Of a stretch of DNA of 64,000 nt, positions 29,608 through 42,711 are shown one piece after another. The position numbers and the translations under genes are program-made. The DNA comes from Octopus sinensis (taxonomy: Eukaryota), in contig NC_043010.1 in the NCBI RefSeq assembly GCF_006345805.1, forward strand, positions 63,984,001 to 64,048,000, written 5' to 3'. The stretch's first letter is position 1; the number at the start of each line of letters is the position of its first letter. Below the pieces are notes generated by a model. It was not told the origin of the DNA and did not search any database. It was given only the letters and a program-made list of their open reading frames with translations.

Positions 29608-30403
29608 AAGAGAGAGAGAATGTTAGGAAGACAATAAATGACACACAATTGAGGACACACATATTGGAAACTTATCCAATTATCCAACAGCCACTATGAA
29701 ACTAATGTTAAAACAAAGCTGAATGATATATGATGTGTGTGTATAAATATATATATATATACACACACATTTAATATATATATATATATTAAATTAGAGA
29801 TAAAACCACTATTAGGCAAAACTATATATATATATATGTAAGCACACAATATATGAAACAATGATACAGAAGTAATAGTAGAGTGAGGCTGAGATGGTTC
29901 CAGGGTGTAATGGTATCAAACTTATTGAGTAATATATTCTAAAGAAGTGTGGGCTGAGTGAATAATTGTAACAAAGTCACTTTGATAGCTTTCCATGCAG
30001 TTGTTCAGAACTGCAGTCACTGCTCGTTCCTCTCTCTCTCTCTGGGCACAGTTACAGCCGTGTGCTTAAGAAGGCCAATTTGCAACTATGTAGGTCTTTG
30101 AAGTTAATCCAGTTGCTGGTTAATTTGGGTAAGTACTTTTTGATATAGTCTCAACAGGGTGGAAGTCATTTGGAAAGGAGATACTCTCTTTACTCTTTTA
30201 CTTGTTTCAGTCACTTGACTGCGGCCATGCTGGAGCACCGCCTTTAATCGAGCAACTCGACCCAGGGACTTATTCTTTGTAAGCCTAGTACTTAATTCTA
30301 TTGGTCTCTTTTTGCCAAACCGCTAAGTAACGGGGACATAAACACACCAGCATCGGTTGTCAAGCAATGCTAGGGGGACAAACACAGACAAACACACACA
30401 TAT

Positions 30404-30435
<32 letters not shown>

Positions 30436-30817
30436 ATATATATATATATACATATATACGACAGGCTTCTTTCAGTTTCCGTCTACCAAATCCACTCACA
30501 AGGCTTTGGTTGGCCAGAGGCTATAGTAGAAGACACTTGCCCAAGGTGCCACGCAGTGGGACTGAACCCACATTAATTATTCCCATGGCTGCATTGCAAG
30601 TATTTCAAGCCAGATTTCTAATCTGAAGATATCTTCCTCTTTTCCTTTCACTTCACCAGTCTTGGGCATACTGGAAAAAATCTTGGACATTGCTTTTCCT
30701 CCTCTGATGAACCCTAAAATAACTCGCAAACACACATAATGTCCAACTTGTGCTACCATGGAAAAACATGTTTAACAAATGGTAAGTGTATGTGTGTGTC
30801 TATATATATATATATAC

Positions 30818-30868
<51 letters not shown>

Positions 30869-33800
30869 TGGAGCTCTCAACCATTGTAAGGTGATTCATG
30901 TTGGAAAAGGCTACACCAATGTAAAACCTACAGCTTGCTGGTCTTACTGTGGCAGTCTTAGCCCTCTGAGCCACTTTGGTCACACTTCCAAGTCTAAAGA
31001 GTGGGACTGGATTGTGCAGATTGATGCCCACTTTAAAAGTACTAAGTGCAGGCCGGAAGAAAAGCATCAAGGATTGATTTACAATGGGCACTTGAGGGCG
31101 TGCCACTCTTCCTCTTGACATTTGGACATAGAGAAACTGCCATCATACATATATACAGAAGTGGCTGTGTGGTAAATAGCTTGCTTACGAACCATATGGC
31201 TCTGGGTTCAGTCCCAACTGCGCAGCACCTTGGGCAAGTGTCTTCTACTATAGCCTCGGGCCGACCAAAGCCTTGTAAGTGGATTTGGTAGATGGAAACT
31301 AAAACAAGCCTGTCGTATATATGTATATATATATATATATATATGCGTGTGTATATGTTTGTGTGCTTGTGTTTAGTTATACTGGATGGTACAATGCTTA
31401 CTTTTTTAGTATAAATTTACTAAAACCATTAAATGGTTAACTGCTTTTTGAAGTCTGATGTTCATGTTGGTAAACATGGTCCAGGCCATATTTTACATTG
31501 CTTGGAGTTTCTACCTATCGCAATGGAGTACCACTGACATACATAGTGATATGGATATTCCTAAATAGAAAAAAAATGTAATGATATAGATAATCTTGAT
31601 TGTATGTTTTTATTTTTGTCTGTTTATTACTAGGGACAGTTTGAAGTTTGTTGTACTGTTTATGTCAATTTCAAATATTGGCTTCATTAACATTAAAATG
31701 CATATTCCACAGAATTTCTTCTTTGCAGTAAACAATTCATAATTTCTGCCCATACTGACAAATTTCAAAGTTTGCTTGACATATTATAAGTGTGAAAGGG
31801 ATTAAAATTTCGATAGTTTGTATCAAAGGTTCCAACAAGAAATAGGCAGAAAAGAATTCAGTTTACATAATCAGTTTGATCAGTCACCTTCCTCTGTCGA
31901 TTGAGTAAAGTGTCATCCAAGCTGATGTTTATTGATGATTAAACTTAATTTGTAACACCTGTGCGTATTTATCAGTTTTGTTTTTGTCGGTAATTCTTAA
32001 CACCTTTTCCTGTGATTGTGATTTGAGAAGACATTCAGCAGTATGCTAAAGATTGGACATAATCTCTTGTGGGCAAGAAATGTAAAATAAAGTTTATGAT
32101 AAACAACACAAACACTTTGTAATTTAATAGCTTTCAATGTGATACCTGTTAAACAGAAGTCATTTCTATTTAATGAACATTTAATAACATCTAATCATAA
32201 GTAAATAAATGAAATTATGCTAAATACAACTAAATTGAAAACCTTTTCCCCTGGCTATATCGGCAATTCTGAAAACTTTGGGTGCAAATTTTACATGAGT
32301 AGAAGCTTTTTTTTTTAACTAATTTTATCCTGAAAATCACCTGTGTAAATTACACAGGTGTGCAAATTACATGGGTTTTTATGGTACCTGGTACAGCTGA
32401 CACCTTAACCCTTTAGCATTCAGGTTACTCTGTCAGATGAAATGTTTATTTATTCACGTTATTTTGAATTAATCACGAATAATCTTAACATCAAACTTTT
32501 GATGATGTGATAGTTTATTTTTAGAATGACATTGTAGGGTAAGTGCGAGGTGCTGGATCTTGCCAGTTTGACCATAAATCAAGAATATATTGGCTGGTTT
32601 AAATGTTAAAGGGTTAATCCTCTCACATGGAACAACCTCTTTAGCACCAGTAACATGATAAAACACACTCAGCCTACATTGTAAGACATACGCAGCATCA
32701 TCAAAGCAAGCTGGTTTTCTCAGTTACTACGAGAGCAAGATGGTATGAGCCATGATTAGTCATCCAACTCATGTCAGCATGGGAAATGATGATGATGATG
32801 ACGACTATATATATATATATATATATATCGGTGGCACATAAAATGCACCATCTGTATGTTGTCGATGCCTTCACTGGCTTCCATGCCGGTGGCATGTAAA
32901 AAGCATCAACCGATTGTGGCCGTTGCCAGCCTCCCCGGGCACCTGTGCCGGTGGTACGTAAAAAGCACCCACTACACTCAAGGAGTGGTTGGCGTTAGGA
33001 AGGGCATCCAGCTGTAGAAACACTGCCAGATAAGACTGGAGCCTGGTGCAGCCTCCTGGCTTCCCAGACTCTGGTCAAACCGTCCAACCCATGCTAGCAT
33101 GGAAAACGGATGTTAAACGATGATGATGATATATATATATATATTATCATCATATGACCATTTATGAAGGTTCAAGATTTGTAAATAGGCAGAGAGCTAC
33201 ATCTATTTACTGCTGCAAATTGTTGGATAATGAAGTAGACCGTAGAAAGGTTATTGGTAACACTAGAGTCTGCTCAATTCATATCCCATTTATCATTTAA
33301 TGTCCATGTTCCATACTGGCACAGTTTGAACTGCCTTTATATACATAGTGATGAGTGCTATGCTCAAAACATTTGATTTTTCTCATCATCATGCTAGCTT
33401 ATTCTAGTTGGTCAACTTGGTGGATTCCACAGGGCTGATGTTCCTGCGAGGAAAACGTGGGCCTGGTGATTAGTGTGGGACCTGGTGGGGTGGACACAAT
33501 ACAGGTGATGAGAGAAAGTGAGACGAATAAGCAGGCAGTAACCTGAGTGAAGGTGGTACAATGTCGACTCAGCTCCAAGTAAAAGGGGCCCATTGTAGTT
33601 ACAGAGCAGAGACAGCATGACTGAGGACTAGTTTGGAATGTGCTGGTAACATTATGCTCATCAGTTGAGTGACCTTTCTTATTATTGTACAAAGTACTTG
33701 TTGATATATTCCATCTGTAGTTTTCTTGGATTTTAGTTTCACAACAGATGTACATACCATTAATAATTTATCTCCACCCATATATACATACTGTCTTGAT

Positions 33801-34448
33801 TTTGTCTATCTACACACACACACACGCTATATAACATCATCATCATCATCATCATCATTTAATACCCTTTTCCATGCTGGCATAAATTGGATGGTTTGGT
33901 AGGAGCTGGTGAGCTGATGGGCCAAGCAAGACTGTCTGCTTTGGCATGGTTTCTATAGCTGGATGCCTTTCCAAATGCCAATCACATACCAGAGTTTACG
34001 AGGCATGTTTTACATGGCACCGGCATCAGTGAGGTGATAAGGTAACTTGCAAGACAAGAGCCTTTTAACTGGGTGGGGTGGGGTGTAGTACTGAAGCAGT
34101 AGCTTTGTGCTGAGTGCAGAATGATTAGTGTATGAATAGAGAGATAAAGACATGTGTCTTGCAGTAGAGGAGATACACGGATACTGCAGTTGAAAGATAT
34201 AGATAGATAGATAGATAGAGAAAGAGAGAAAGAGAGAGAGGGAGAGATGGGGGTATATAAGTGAAGTGGTTTAGAGGATTGGATAAAGAGATACATATTG
34301 TATTGTTTTTTATTTCTCTACACAAACACATACTGCTTGTTCCTATTTGCACACATGTATACAAAATATTGTTTTCATGTATGTATATATCAAGTTTCAA
34401 CTAGTTTATATCTATATATATATATCTATCTATCTATGTATATATATC

Positions 34449-34488
<40 letters not shown>

Positions 34489-37095
34489 TTGGGAACAGGT
34501 GTGCCTGTGTGATTAAGAAGCTAGCTTCTGAAACATGCAGCCATAAGTTCAGTCCCACTATGTGGAACCTTACCATGCCCTGGACTGATCAAATCCTTGT
34601 GAGTGGATTTAGTGGATGGAAACTGGAAGAGATCCATTGTATATATCATAGAAGCATGACTTTGAATTTTGGGACTCACAGAGGCAATGACTGGAGACCG
34701 AGAACTTTGGCAATGTGCTGTGCTTGAGAGGACCTATGAGGCCAAGGGCACCAGTGCTGGTGGCATGTAATGAACATCTCTTGAATGTTGGGCCTCCTGG
34801 AGGCGAAGTGGCTGAGTTCCTTTCGAGTGTTGGGCATCACAGAGGCCATGACTGAGACCTTTGGCATTATATTGTGCTTGAGAAGAAGACCCATCAAACC
34901 AAGCAAAATCGCAGTCGTGGCAGATACTGGTGTTATGCAAATTGGCACCTGTGCTGGTGGCATGCAAACACACCCCAGTGTCATATAAATGGCTCTTGTG
35001 TTAGTGGCACGTAAAAGCACCCATTACACTCTCAGAGTGGTTGGCATTAAGAAGGGCATCCAACTGTAAAATACCGTGCCAAATCAGATTGGAACCTGGT
35101 GCAGCCTTCCAAGATGCCAGCCCAGTCAAACTGGCCAACCCATGCCAGCATGGACAATGGATGTTAAATGATGATGATGAGGGAAACGATGTTCATTTCT
35201 ACCCTTTCTTGAAAAACATTTATGACCATATGTGGAAATATTACCTTTCCTGGAAACAGATAAGGGTTGATAACAGGAAGGGCATGGGGCCATAGAAAAT
35301 CTACCTCAACAAATTCCACCAGACCCATTCCAGAATGGGAAAGTAGCTATTTAAGTGATGATGATGATGATGATATTGTCTCAATTCAGCAAACTAAGTA
35401 AGTAACAGGTTTTTCTAAGGACGTTTCCTTTTAGAGACTCGTCCTCTCCAGGGAGGAAATTATGATGTACTGATCATGTAAGTTTTGTAATCTATGGAAA
35501 GATTAAAGATGAATTCAGCTGTCAATATTTTGGTGCATACATGACACACTCTGAAGTTTGTCACTGTATTATGTTGTTTTATAAACACTTAATATAGTAG
35601 TTATGATGAACTAAGCATGTGATAATCAAACTGATGCCTTTGTTTCATGCATTTACTTGGACAACATTATATAATGTTATCCAAGAAATTAAAGAAGGTT
35701 CAGAAAATTCACTAAACATTGCACAAAGTAATTTCTTTTCACATATATTAAACCATATTCATACCATCAACCTAAGCCATAACTGGCTCTTTATGCATGC
35801 ATAAACCAGTGCATAGGTGTAATTGTAACAAAAAGACAGAAATGGAGAGAGACCTTTCCTTCAGCTAGTTTGATAATATAAAAATAGCATGTACTTACAG
35901 TGGTACTAGTTGGACTGAAGCCATTTATTGCAGTAGTCTGAGGAGACATGGAGAAGATCTGTCTTCGCTCAGGTGAGTCACTGTAGAATGCTCTATCCTG
36001 ATCATCAGGCTTGGCATAATGGACAAAATACTGGCAAATGTGGGTGTAAGTATCCCCATCTTTTGAGGGGTCGTTGCCATAGACCTCCAAGCCGTACTCT
36101 CCAGGTTCAGGTAGTTTGGCGCTGACAGCAATGTTGTTTGGCTCATCTTTATCAGATACAAGCTCCTCAAGTTCATCGGGACCTTTCCCTTGCTTGCGTA
36201 GTTTGCAAAGAATATGGGCAGGGCGAGTCTTCTTGAAGCTGAGCTTCACATTACCATCAGTGGTGGTGATGACAGGGTCTTCATGTGATGGAATAAGCCC
36301 AAGCTGGTCAACTGGAACACTGGGACCCCAGTTGCTGTCTGAGCAAGGTGGCATCGGGGCAGCGTCATCTGAGCCTTTATCAGCAACAACCTAGGAAGAA
36401 AAGTCAAAGTCAGTATTATCTTCTTAGAGTGATATTGAAGAATTACATATACAATAAAGGTAGCTAAGACTAGAAAAGAAAGGGTAAATCTATGTCATAT
36501 GAGAAGAAGCAAGCTTACAGCATGGACTGTCCACAGAGGTATCATGGAACTGATTTGGTTGTAATTAGTTATATTGGTTACATAATTAGTTGAGAAGGTT
36601 TGACATCTATACTTCAAACCAAACTTTTCACTAAACTCTAGTTTTCACAAGTGAATAATTCTTTCATTGTTCTAATCCGCTCTGGCACCAGATTGGTGGA
36701 ACAAGAGAAATTTTGAAGAATTATCAAGAAACATTTAACAAACAAGTCTTCCACTGCAATATCTCCCTAAATATTTGAAATTCACTTGTAACAAGAATAT
36801 TACTATTGTCAATAAACATTAAGCTTCACTGACTGAGCCAAGCAGAGACAGGATCAATAATGTACTTTGTTTCCAACCACTGTCAACAATTATTTCCAAC
36901 TACTAACAACAGTCAAGAGTTGATGGTGTTGTGTATGGAGAGATTTTGAACAAATGGTATGAGTGTCTAGAACTCAAACATATGAAAAAAAAAAAGGGGG
37001 CTTCAACTTGTAGAATTTGAAACAAGGGATAAATAGAGAGGAAACATTTTATAATGTCTAGAGAGAAATGTTTCACAAACATACACGGGCACTGG

Positions 37096-37139
<44 letters not shown>

Positions 37140-37605
37140 ACTAACCTTATACTCTGCTGATGCAGTGTAGACATTTTTCACACCAACATCACCAGTGAGA
37201 AGTTGAGCGAAAATGGTCAAGTAATAGGAGCCTTGTTTTGGTGCTCGGAAGATGAGAATAACCTGATTGTCATGAGTGAGTTGCAGGACAAAGTCCTTCA
37301 TCTTGCGACCATTAAAGACTTCTTCTTTAGTTTCAGCATCAATTACTTTGTAACTGAAAGTAGTTGGTTTGATGAAGCCAACAGCCAGAGAAAGGCGGCC
37401 TCCAGTTGTTTCAATCACACCCTTTTGATGAGACTGGAAAAACATGCCACACTTGAAGAAGTAGGATTTGACCAGTGGCAGTTCCTGAAACTCAGCCAGG
37501 CTCAGTGGGTGGGTAAGAAGTTGCCATTCTGGCCTGTGGGCCCAGTGACTGTAGATCAGTTGTTCAGGATCAGTCAAGAAGTAGAAATCATCGTATTCAT
37601 ACACC

Positions 37606-37639
<34 letters not shown>

Positions 37640-40454
37640 AAATTCAAATATGAGCATGTAATAATGATAATAAAATATATTATATATAAATAATAACAAT
37701 AATACTAATGAAAAATTTCAAATTTTGGCACAAGGCCAGCAACTTTATGGGGAGAGAGTTCATCAATTTTATTGATCCCCCTGTATTACTTCAGACCGTA
37801 AAAACCTGTAAGAAATGCTGCTAAGAATATTGTCCAATGCATTAATGATTTTGCCAAGGTATTGTCCAGATCAAAAGGATATACATGGTGAGAGGATAAC
37901 AGTTGATTTAACGAACCCCAGTACATGACTGGTATTTCTTTTAGAGAAGGATGAACAGCAAAATCAGCTCTGTGGGATTTGAATCTAAAATGTACAGAGA
38001 CATAACTAAATATAGTAAGGCACTCTACTAATTCTGCTAAACAGTAGTGATTTCCACCATTAAAACATGGCCAGAATTTAAGGAAGAGGCAGATATAGCT
38101 AACTGAATGGACCCTATTACATGAATTGTACCTATTTTATTCCCTCCACCCCAGGTTGAAATGTCAAGTAGACTCCAGCAAGATTTTAACTATCTTTACT
38201 CCATCACTTTAATAGAAGTTTCCAAACTTAGGGAGAAGGCCACAAATTTTCTAGGAGAGGACAGTCACCTAAAATTGACTATAGTGTCTATTTTACCAAG
38301 GTAGTGTTTATTATATGTCCTTTCATCAATATATAGTCTTATACTTAAATGAAAGCCAAAATAAACCGTGACAGGATTTGAACTCAGAATGTAAAGGGAT
38401 GTAACTAAATAGTGCTATCACAATCATCTCTGCCATTCACTGCTTTCTCCCTATGCAAATTCTTTCTTATATAACTATAAGGCCAGAAATTTAGAGGAAA
38501 GGAGTTAGTTGATTAAATCTACTCCAGTACTATATTGGTATTTAACAATCCTAGAAGAATGAAAAGTAATGCTGATCTTGGTGGGATTTGAACTCAGAAT
38601 GTAAAGAATTGTAGTGAAATACTGCAAAATGTTTTATCCAATGCTCTAAGAATTTTTGTCAGCCTACCATCTTTCCTTACCCTAACAACAACATAATATT
38701 AATATCAATATTATTATTAATAATAATAACTGCTCTGATGCAGCACCAGGCAATGGCTCTCGTGGCTTCTGATCTTAACTGATTGGAAGTGTTATCATGT
38801 ACATTGTTTCGTCTTGGTATAAAAGATGGGCTACAGCAAATATTCTGCTCAATACCACAGATTTGCTTGTCAGTTGTTTGACCTTAATCAGTTGAGCAAG
38901 TCCCTTGGTGGCTGACGATATGTGCATCTCTGATCACGAGCAGAAGTAGTGGGGGAACATCATAGTCATATGTTGAGAGGGATTCTTTGGGGCTTGACTA
39001 ATTCACCTCTGGAAACATGGGTGTTTCATTCAACATCCTTAAACAACCCTTATTCAGGGACCTTTTGAGCGGGATGGGTTATTCGACCAGAAGAAAATTC
39101 TAACTGGGCCCCACTGGCGATATGAGATCACTATGTTGTGCACATATGGTTGTATGTGCCTGGTGTACCCTTATCAGACGGGTAGTCATGATGGGTATAC
39201 TGGACTTCGTATATTTTACCCCAGTGTCACTTTGATGGCATGCACTGATCTCTCACTCAATAATAATAGTAATACTGCTTGCATTTTTAATTTTCATGTT
39301 GTCATATACTGAATATTACATCTAAATAAAGGTTTTGATTCCACAGACAATTGAAAAAAAATTTCAGACAATTTGTCAAACCATATTGAATGTTTTGTAA
39401 AGTAAGCTATGACCACATCTCACTCTTATTATCAACTAGCAGCATAGCCCGGCGTTGCCCGGGTATGTAAGAGCCCCTAGTAGGCAACGACTAATCCCAA
39501 TCTAGTCCTTTCCCTCTAGGGAATGAAGACGCATGTGTAGGTTGCAATGTCTTCTCTTCACTCCCAAATAACTATCAAACAGCTATCGATAATTCAACCC
39601 AACCAATTCATACCAGGAAGAAATTACATTCGAGACTTTACCCCCAACACTGCCACTTCTGCTAATAGCTGCTGCAGCCGCAAGTTATTTGAATACTTTT
39701 TTGTTTATACTTTCTTTATAACTACCACCCCAAACGTTTTACCTTAAATTTTTGACGTACCCTAAGGGTCCTCGGACACTACTTGCAAACTCTTGGTTTA
39801 TTATAAACCGCTTTCTCTAGTTCCAACCACTCTGCCAAGCTATGTTACTCTATCAGTAGTTCCTAACTTTTCACCATAGAGACCCACTTTGGCAAATTAA
39901 TAACCTTTCACGAACCTTTTTTTTTTTTAAACAAACATATTCTCACGGGATGCACATAACATTTGAGGTTTCCTTTGAGAAATATTCTCCCCTTTTTTGC
40001 AAGCTCCAAATGTTGTGCTGTATCTTTTTATGCCTATGTCATATTGTATAACACATGAACAGTTTATATTTTATCTAATATTTCAAGAGTAAAAGATTTT
40101 TGTTTTCATGATCCGTAATAGTTAGAGAACCCCTTTTGTAGCAGTTAGAATGCAGCTATTTAGGGCAGCTCTGATTGGACAGATTGTATTTTGGAAGTAG
40201 CCAATGAAATCACTACATGAAGAACCATAACCCTAAACCTGTTAGATAATTATACCTCACAAGAGGTTAGTTTTTTCTATACAGTGTAATATTGTCTAGA
40301 CTGGACGGTTTGTCTTATGGTTTAGAACAGCGCTTCTTAAACTTTTTTCATTCATGACCTCATTTTTCATCACGAGTTTTTTCACGAGCCCAGGTATTAA
40401 ATATGCATTTGTGAAATAACATATAAACTGAAATTCAAGTGTTTGAATTTAATT

Positions 40455-40489
<35 letters not shown>

Positions 40490-42659
40490 ATGTAGACCAC
40501 AGAGGAAATCTTCTAAATGGTTGCTCAACCCTAATAGCAGTCAAATCTTTCTCAAAACACACCCTGCAGTCTTATCTAAGAACAAGACATTAACCAATAT
40601 AGTACGGAATATCCTGGAAAAAGTGAAAAAAATGAGATGAGATGGTCATGGCTTGAATGCCCTAAATATGCTTCATCAGGCCAGCTTGGGGTTAAACATC
40701 ATCATCATAATGTATAATCAAATGATTGTGAAATTCATAATTCTCAACTCTCACCTCAACGTACAGACCCAGGTCAGCCATGATTAAAAGCATTCCAACC
40801 ATGACCATCCTGTCACTTTAGGACGCTGTATGAATACATCCGATATTTTTGTGCCTGTTTCTAACTTCAGATGACAAAGTGTGATTTTAGGGAGATTTAG
40901 CTGCTATTTGTAGCATATTGAGCGACTATGCAGAGGTTGCTTAGCAGTTATTGCAAGGGAGGTAATTCTCAAGTTACATATTGACAAAAGCAAAGACAAT
41001 GCGGTTAAGAAGTTTGTTTCGAAACAACGTCGTTTCAGGTTCGAACCTATTGCACAGTAGCTTGTGAAAGTGTATTTTACTGTAGCACCAGGTTGACTAA
41101 TATCTCCTGAGTGGAAATTGGTAGGCAAGAAACTGTACGGAAATCATACGTGTGTGTGTGTGAGGTTTAGTCAATCAAGTTAACCCCAGTATTTATTTTT
41201 TGAAGCTTGGTATTTATACTATGCAGTCTTTTCTACCATTAAGTTACAGGAAAGAAAGAGACCAACACACACACACACATATATATCTAGATACTAGCTT
41301 AAAAGCTGCACTATCGGCTCTTTCTGTTGATTGTTTTCAACCATCGCCACCACAACTGCCATACACACACCATTCAGACTTATGATGCCACCACCATCAA
41401 CACCTTTGACTTTGCTACCTTCCCCTCCACCACCACTGTTTTGCACATCCCTTACTATCAACCGTCATGCTTGACCACCTCAGCTACCACCACCACCACT
41501 GCCACCTCCGCCTCTATCACAACTACAGCTCATACTATCACTATCACCCCATTACCATCTCAAATGTTAATCTACTACCGCCCTCACTGTCTCTATGCCT
41601 ACTGTTACTCTCACCCCAGCAAGAGGAGTAGAAGAAGTGTCATTGAATAGAGAGAGAGAGAGAGGGGGGAGGTCAAAGTGTAACACACTGAAATTTGTTT
41701 TGGCATTTATTATTATAGATGACAGGCTTCTGTACAGTTTCTGTCAACCACCAGACACACGCAAGGTATTGGTTGGCCTTGGGCTATAGTAGGAAACACT
41801 GGTCTAAAACACCAGGCAGACGGTGAAATTGAAACCCTGTGGTTTGGGAGTAAAGTTCTCAACCACATGGCTATGCCTGCACCTATATTTGTTTATAATT
41901 TGTAATATGAAATAAATGTACTGAACTGTTGACATACAAAATAATGGCCCTGTATTTGAACTCAATGTCTTTGGATTGGTAGCCCAACAACACTGTATCC
42001 GCCCAGATAATCTACATGTTAATAATAAACAAATTTTATTGATGACTAACCAAGTTTTCTGGTTGATCTTTGTCAGAGACTAAATAACGAGTGGCCCAGT
42101 GAGAATCAACAAGATACCAGTTGTTGTCAATGTAGACTGCATTCCAACTGTGATTGTATTCAGTTCCCTTAAAAACATCTCCTGGACGGTAGTCTAGACC
42201 TTTGGCCAGTCCAGTGATCACGACAGAGTACAATCCAGAGTACCTGAAATTGAGAGAGAGGAAGAACATCAGTGCTTGTCAGGCGAAACACATTATATCA
42301 TCATCATCATAATCATTTTTTTAAAGGGTTTCAGTCATTGAATTTTGGTTATATTGATGCATCACTAGCAACGTGTTTAAGCAATTATATTGGACACAGT
42401 GAATAGCTGAGTTCACCTATTGATTAGGGAACTAATTGTCTTTAAAAAGTAAATACAAGAAGGAACTATATCAACAGTACACATGCATGTATAAATGATG
42501 GCTTTCTTGAGAAACAAACTTCTTATCCAACACAGCCCTGCTTGCATATATACGTATGTCTGTGTATAGACACACACACACACACACACAAAATTATACA
42601 ATGGTTGTCTACTCATGAGAAAGGAAGACCATCACCTTTGACTCAGCAGAACGTTGAGA

Positions 42660-42711
<52 letters not shown>

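Noticed and set aside
30684-30746. CTGATGA inside a 9-bp hairpin as a hammerhead
   Set aside because: No stem II and no GAAA box follow it.
31440-32390. Possible Tc1/pogo-type DNA transposon remnant
   Set aside because: Only one TIR-like end (about 32280-32386) is suggestive; no partner TIR or transposase motif was recognised.
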